A stretch of 63,900 nucleotides of DNA, filler included, from Hausera hauseri (Eukaryota): assembly GCA_046269625.1 (NCBI GenBank). It is 12 parts of 12 records of this genome, joined end to end, with 100 filler letters (N's around TTAATTAATTAA, not from the genome) between each part and the next. Parts side by side here need not be neighbours in the genome. Positions count along the whole stretch, not along the records: positions 57,676 to 63,900 come from JBJURY010123206.1; 11 more parts are not named here. The stretch is one strand, 5' to 3'. A program made the translations under genes and the position numbers. Below, in pieces: positions 62,914 to 63,900 of this stretch; the stretch's first letter is position 1; the number at the start of each line of letters is the position of its first letter. Below the pieces are notes generated by a model. The model had not been told where the DNA came from and ran no database searches. It saw only the letters and a program-made list of their open reading frames with translations.

Positions 62914-63138
62914 AATTACTACCACTATCCGATTTGTTTCGTCAGGAATAATCCCGACGTCTATTAATTGTTCCAATTCATCTAATATTCTACCTCTAAA
63001 ATAGAATCTATAGTTTAACTCGTTCGTTTCACCATTGTTTACTAGCCATTCTCTTACGTCCCTTACGTAGGAGTATGTAGTCAACTCGCATTCTTTTTCG
63101 TCCATTCATTCGGATGACACCATTATTTTTATCGTCAT
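62914..63138 (-). other. Integral ubiquitin-like domain (no di-Gly) in family B polyprotein
   Basis: MTIKIMVSSE*MDEKECELTTYSYVRDVREWLVNNGETNELNYRFYFRGRILDELEQLIDVGIIPDETNRIVVVI aligns by eye with ubiquitin ([21 protein letters not shown]). Confidence 0.7.
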
Positions 63139-63900
63139 CTCAGGTTTAGCCTTTAAGATTTTAGCGTATTTCCTTATCAAAAGTTTCGGTACCGTACTGT
63201 AAATCGTGTTTTCGCTAGACAATTTAGTTAAAGTTGGAATAAGTTGTCGTAGTTTATTCTTAGTAATATTTATGTTAATTAATTCAATGAAATCCTTTTC
63301 AGTTAGCTCTGAATCTAGTAGCATCTCCACATTGAATCTCCTGTCTCGCGGACATGTTTCGATTTCGTTTAGTTGTACTGGAGTCATAGGTTTTCCGGCA
63401 AGTATTTTGTCAAAGTATGAATCCCATTCGGGTTCGTTTCCGACATTTGGGAGTCGGTAGTCCACTAAATCTGTGTTGGCTTTTTGAATGCTTTCTCGAA
63501 TTTCCCTTAATCTAGATTGTATTTCTTTCATTTGCGTAGTTCGGAAACCTACTCCATTTCCACAGGCACATTGAATCATTTTTAGTAGTTCGCCGAATTC
63601 GTTCGGGCCAACCAGCCCTTTCTGGTGATATTCTGTCAATTCTTTTACCATCTTTGCACAAATTCTCGTTTATTCTTAATCTCTAATTCGGTGAAAGCAC
63701 ATTTGTTTAGATAGACTTCGAGCTCCTTTGTTATTTCCTCTAACTTTGTCGCTCTATGTTTCGTCTTGATATATGTTTCTTCTACTTTCTGTATCTTGGG
63801 ATTAATTGCCAAATCTCCTCATCACTGATTGCCGCCATTTCCACCAATAAATAGGCTAACTCATACAGCTCATTTATAACCTTCGAATCAGGGTCCATTG

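Larger units (their letters stand above)
57676..63900 (-). mobile_element. Family B element, 5' part: unknown-UBL-AT-hook-glycoprotein-PR-RT-RH
   Basis: Continuous minus-strand coding (few stops/frameshifts) from 63651 to 57676; PR YALIDTGSEISYL, RT RFCIDYRALN / LDLQSGYWQV / MPFG / AYLEDVM, RH IIKTDAS. Confidence 0.92.

Overview
The window is a concatenation of 12 unrelated contigs joined by artificial 100-bp linkers (N44-TTAATTAATTAA-N44 at 7808-7907, 13068-13167, 17928-18027, 22804-22903, 26911-27010, 31246-31345, 36483-36582, 40656-40755, 45008-45107, 49165-49264, 57576-57675), so no synteny can be inferred across linkers. Eleven contigs are AT-rich eukaryotic (probably invertebrate) repeat DNA; one (36583-40655) is a GC-rich tailed-phage replication region. 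Two degenerate Ty3/gypsy LTR-retroelement families dominate. Family A (CsRn1-like, CHCC Gag; five partial copies) has a ubiquitin-like domain ending in R/F-G-G directly in front of Gag in all three copies that include that region, which suggests cleavage by host deubiquitinases. Family B (three partial, non-identical copies, joined by overlapping homology) is a very large, virus-like element. Its inferred order is UBL + AT-hook, signal peptide and chuvirus-type glycoprotein placed upstream of PR-RT-RH-IN, then a second FN3-containing type-I membrane protein fused behind integrase, a conserved RNA structure, a spliced accessory ORF (inactive DEDDh exonuclease + RING finger), PPT and LTR. Also present: an intact CRESS-DNA-virus Rep with candidate micro-introns, a possible RNA-virus-derived pseudogene, a PIWI N-terminal pseudogene fragment, and hAT, piggyBac, mariner/Tc1 and RTE remnants. 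All domain calls are by-eye motif recognition; no searches were run.
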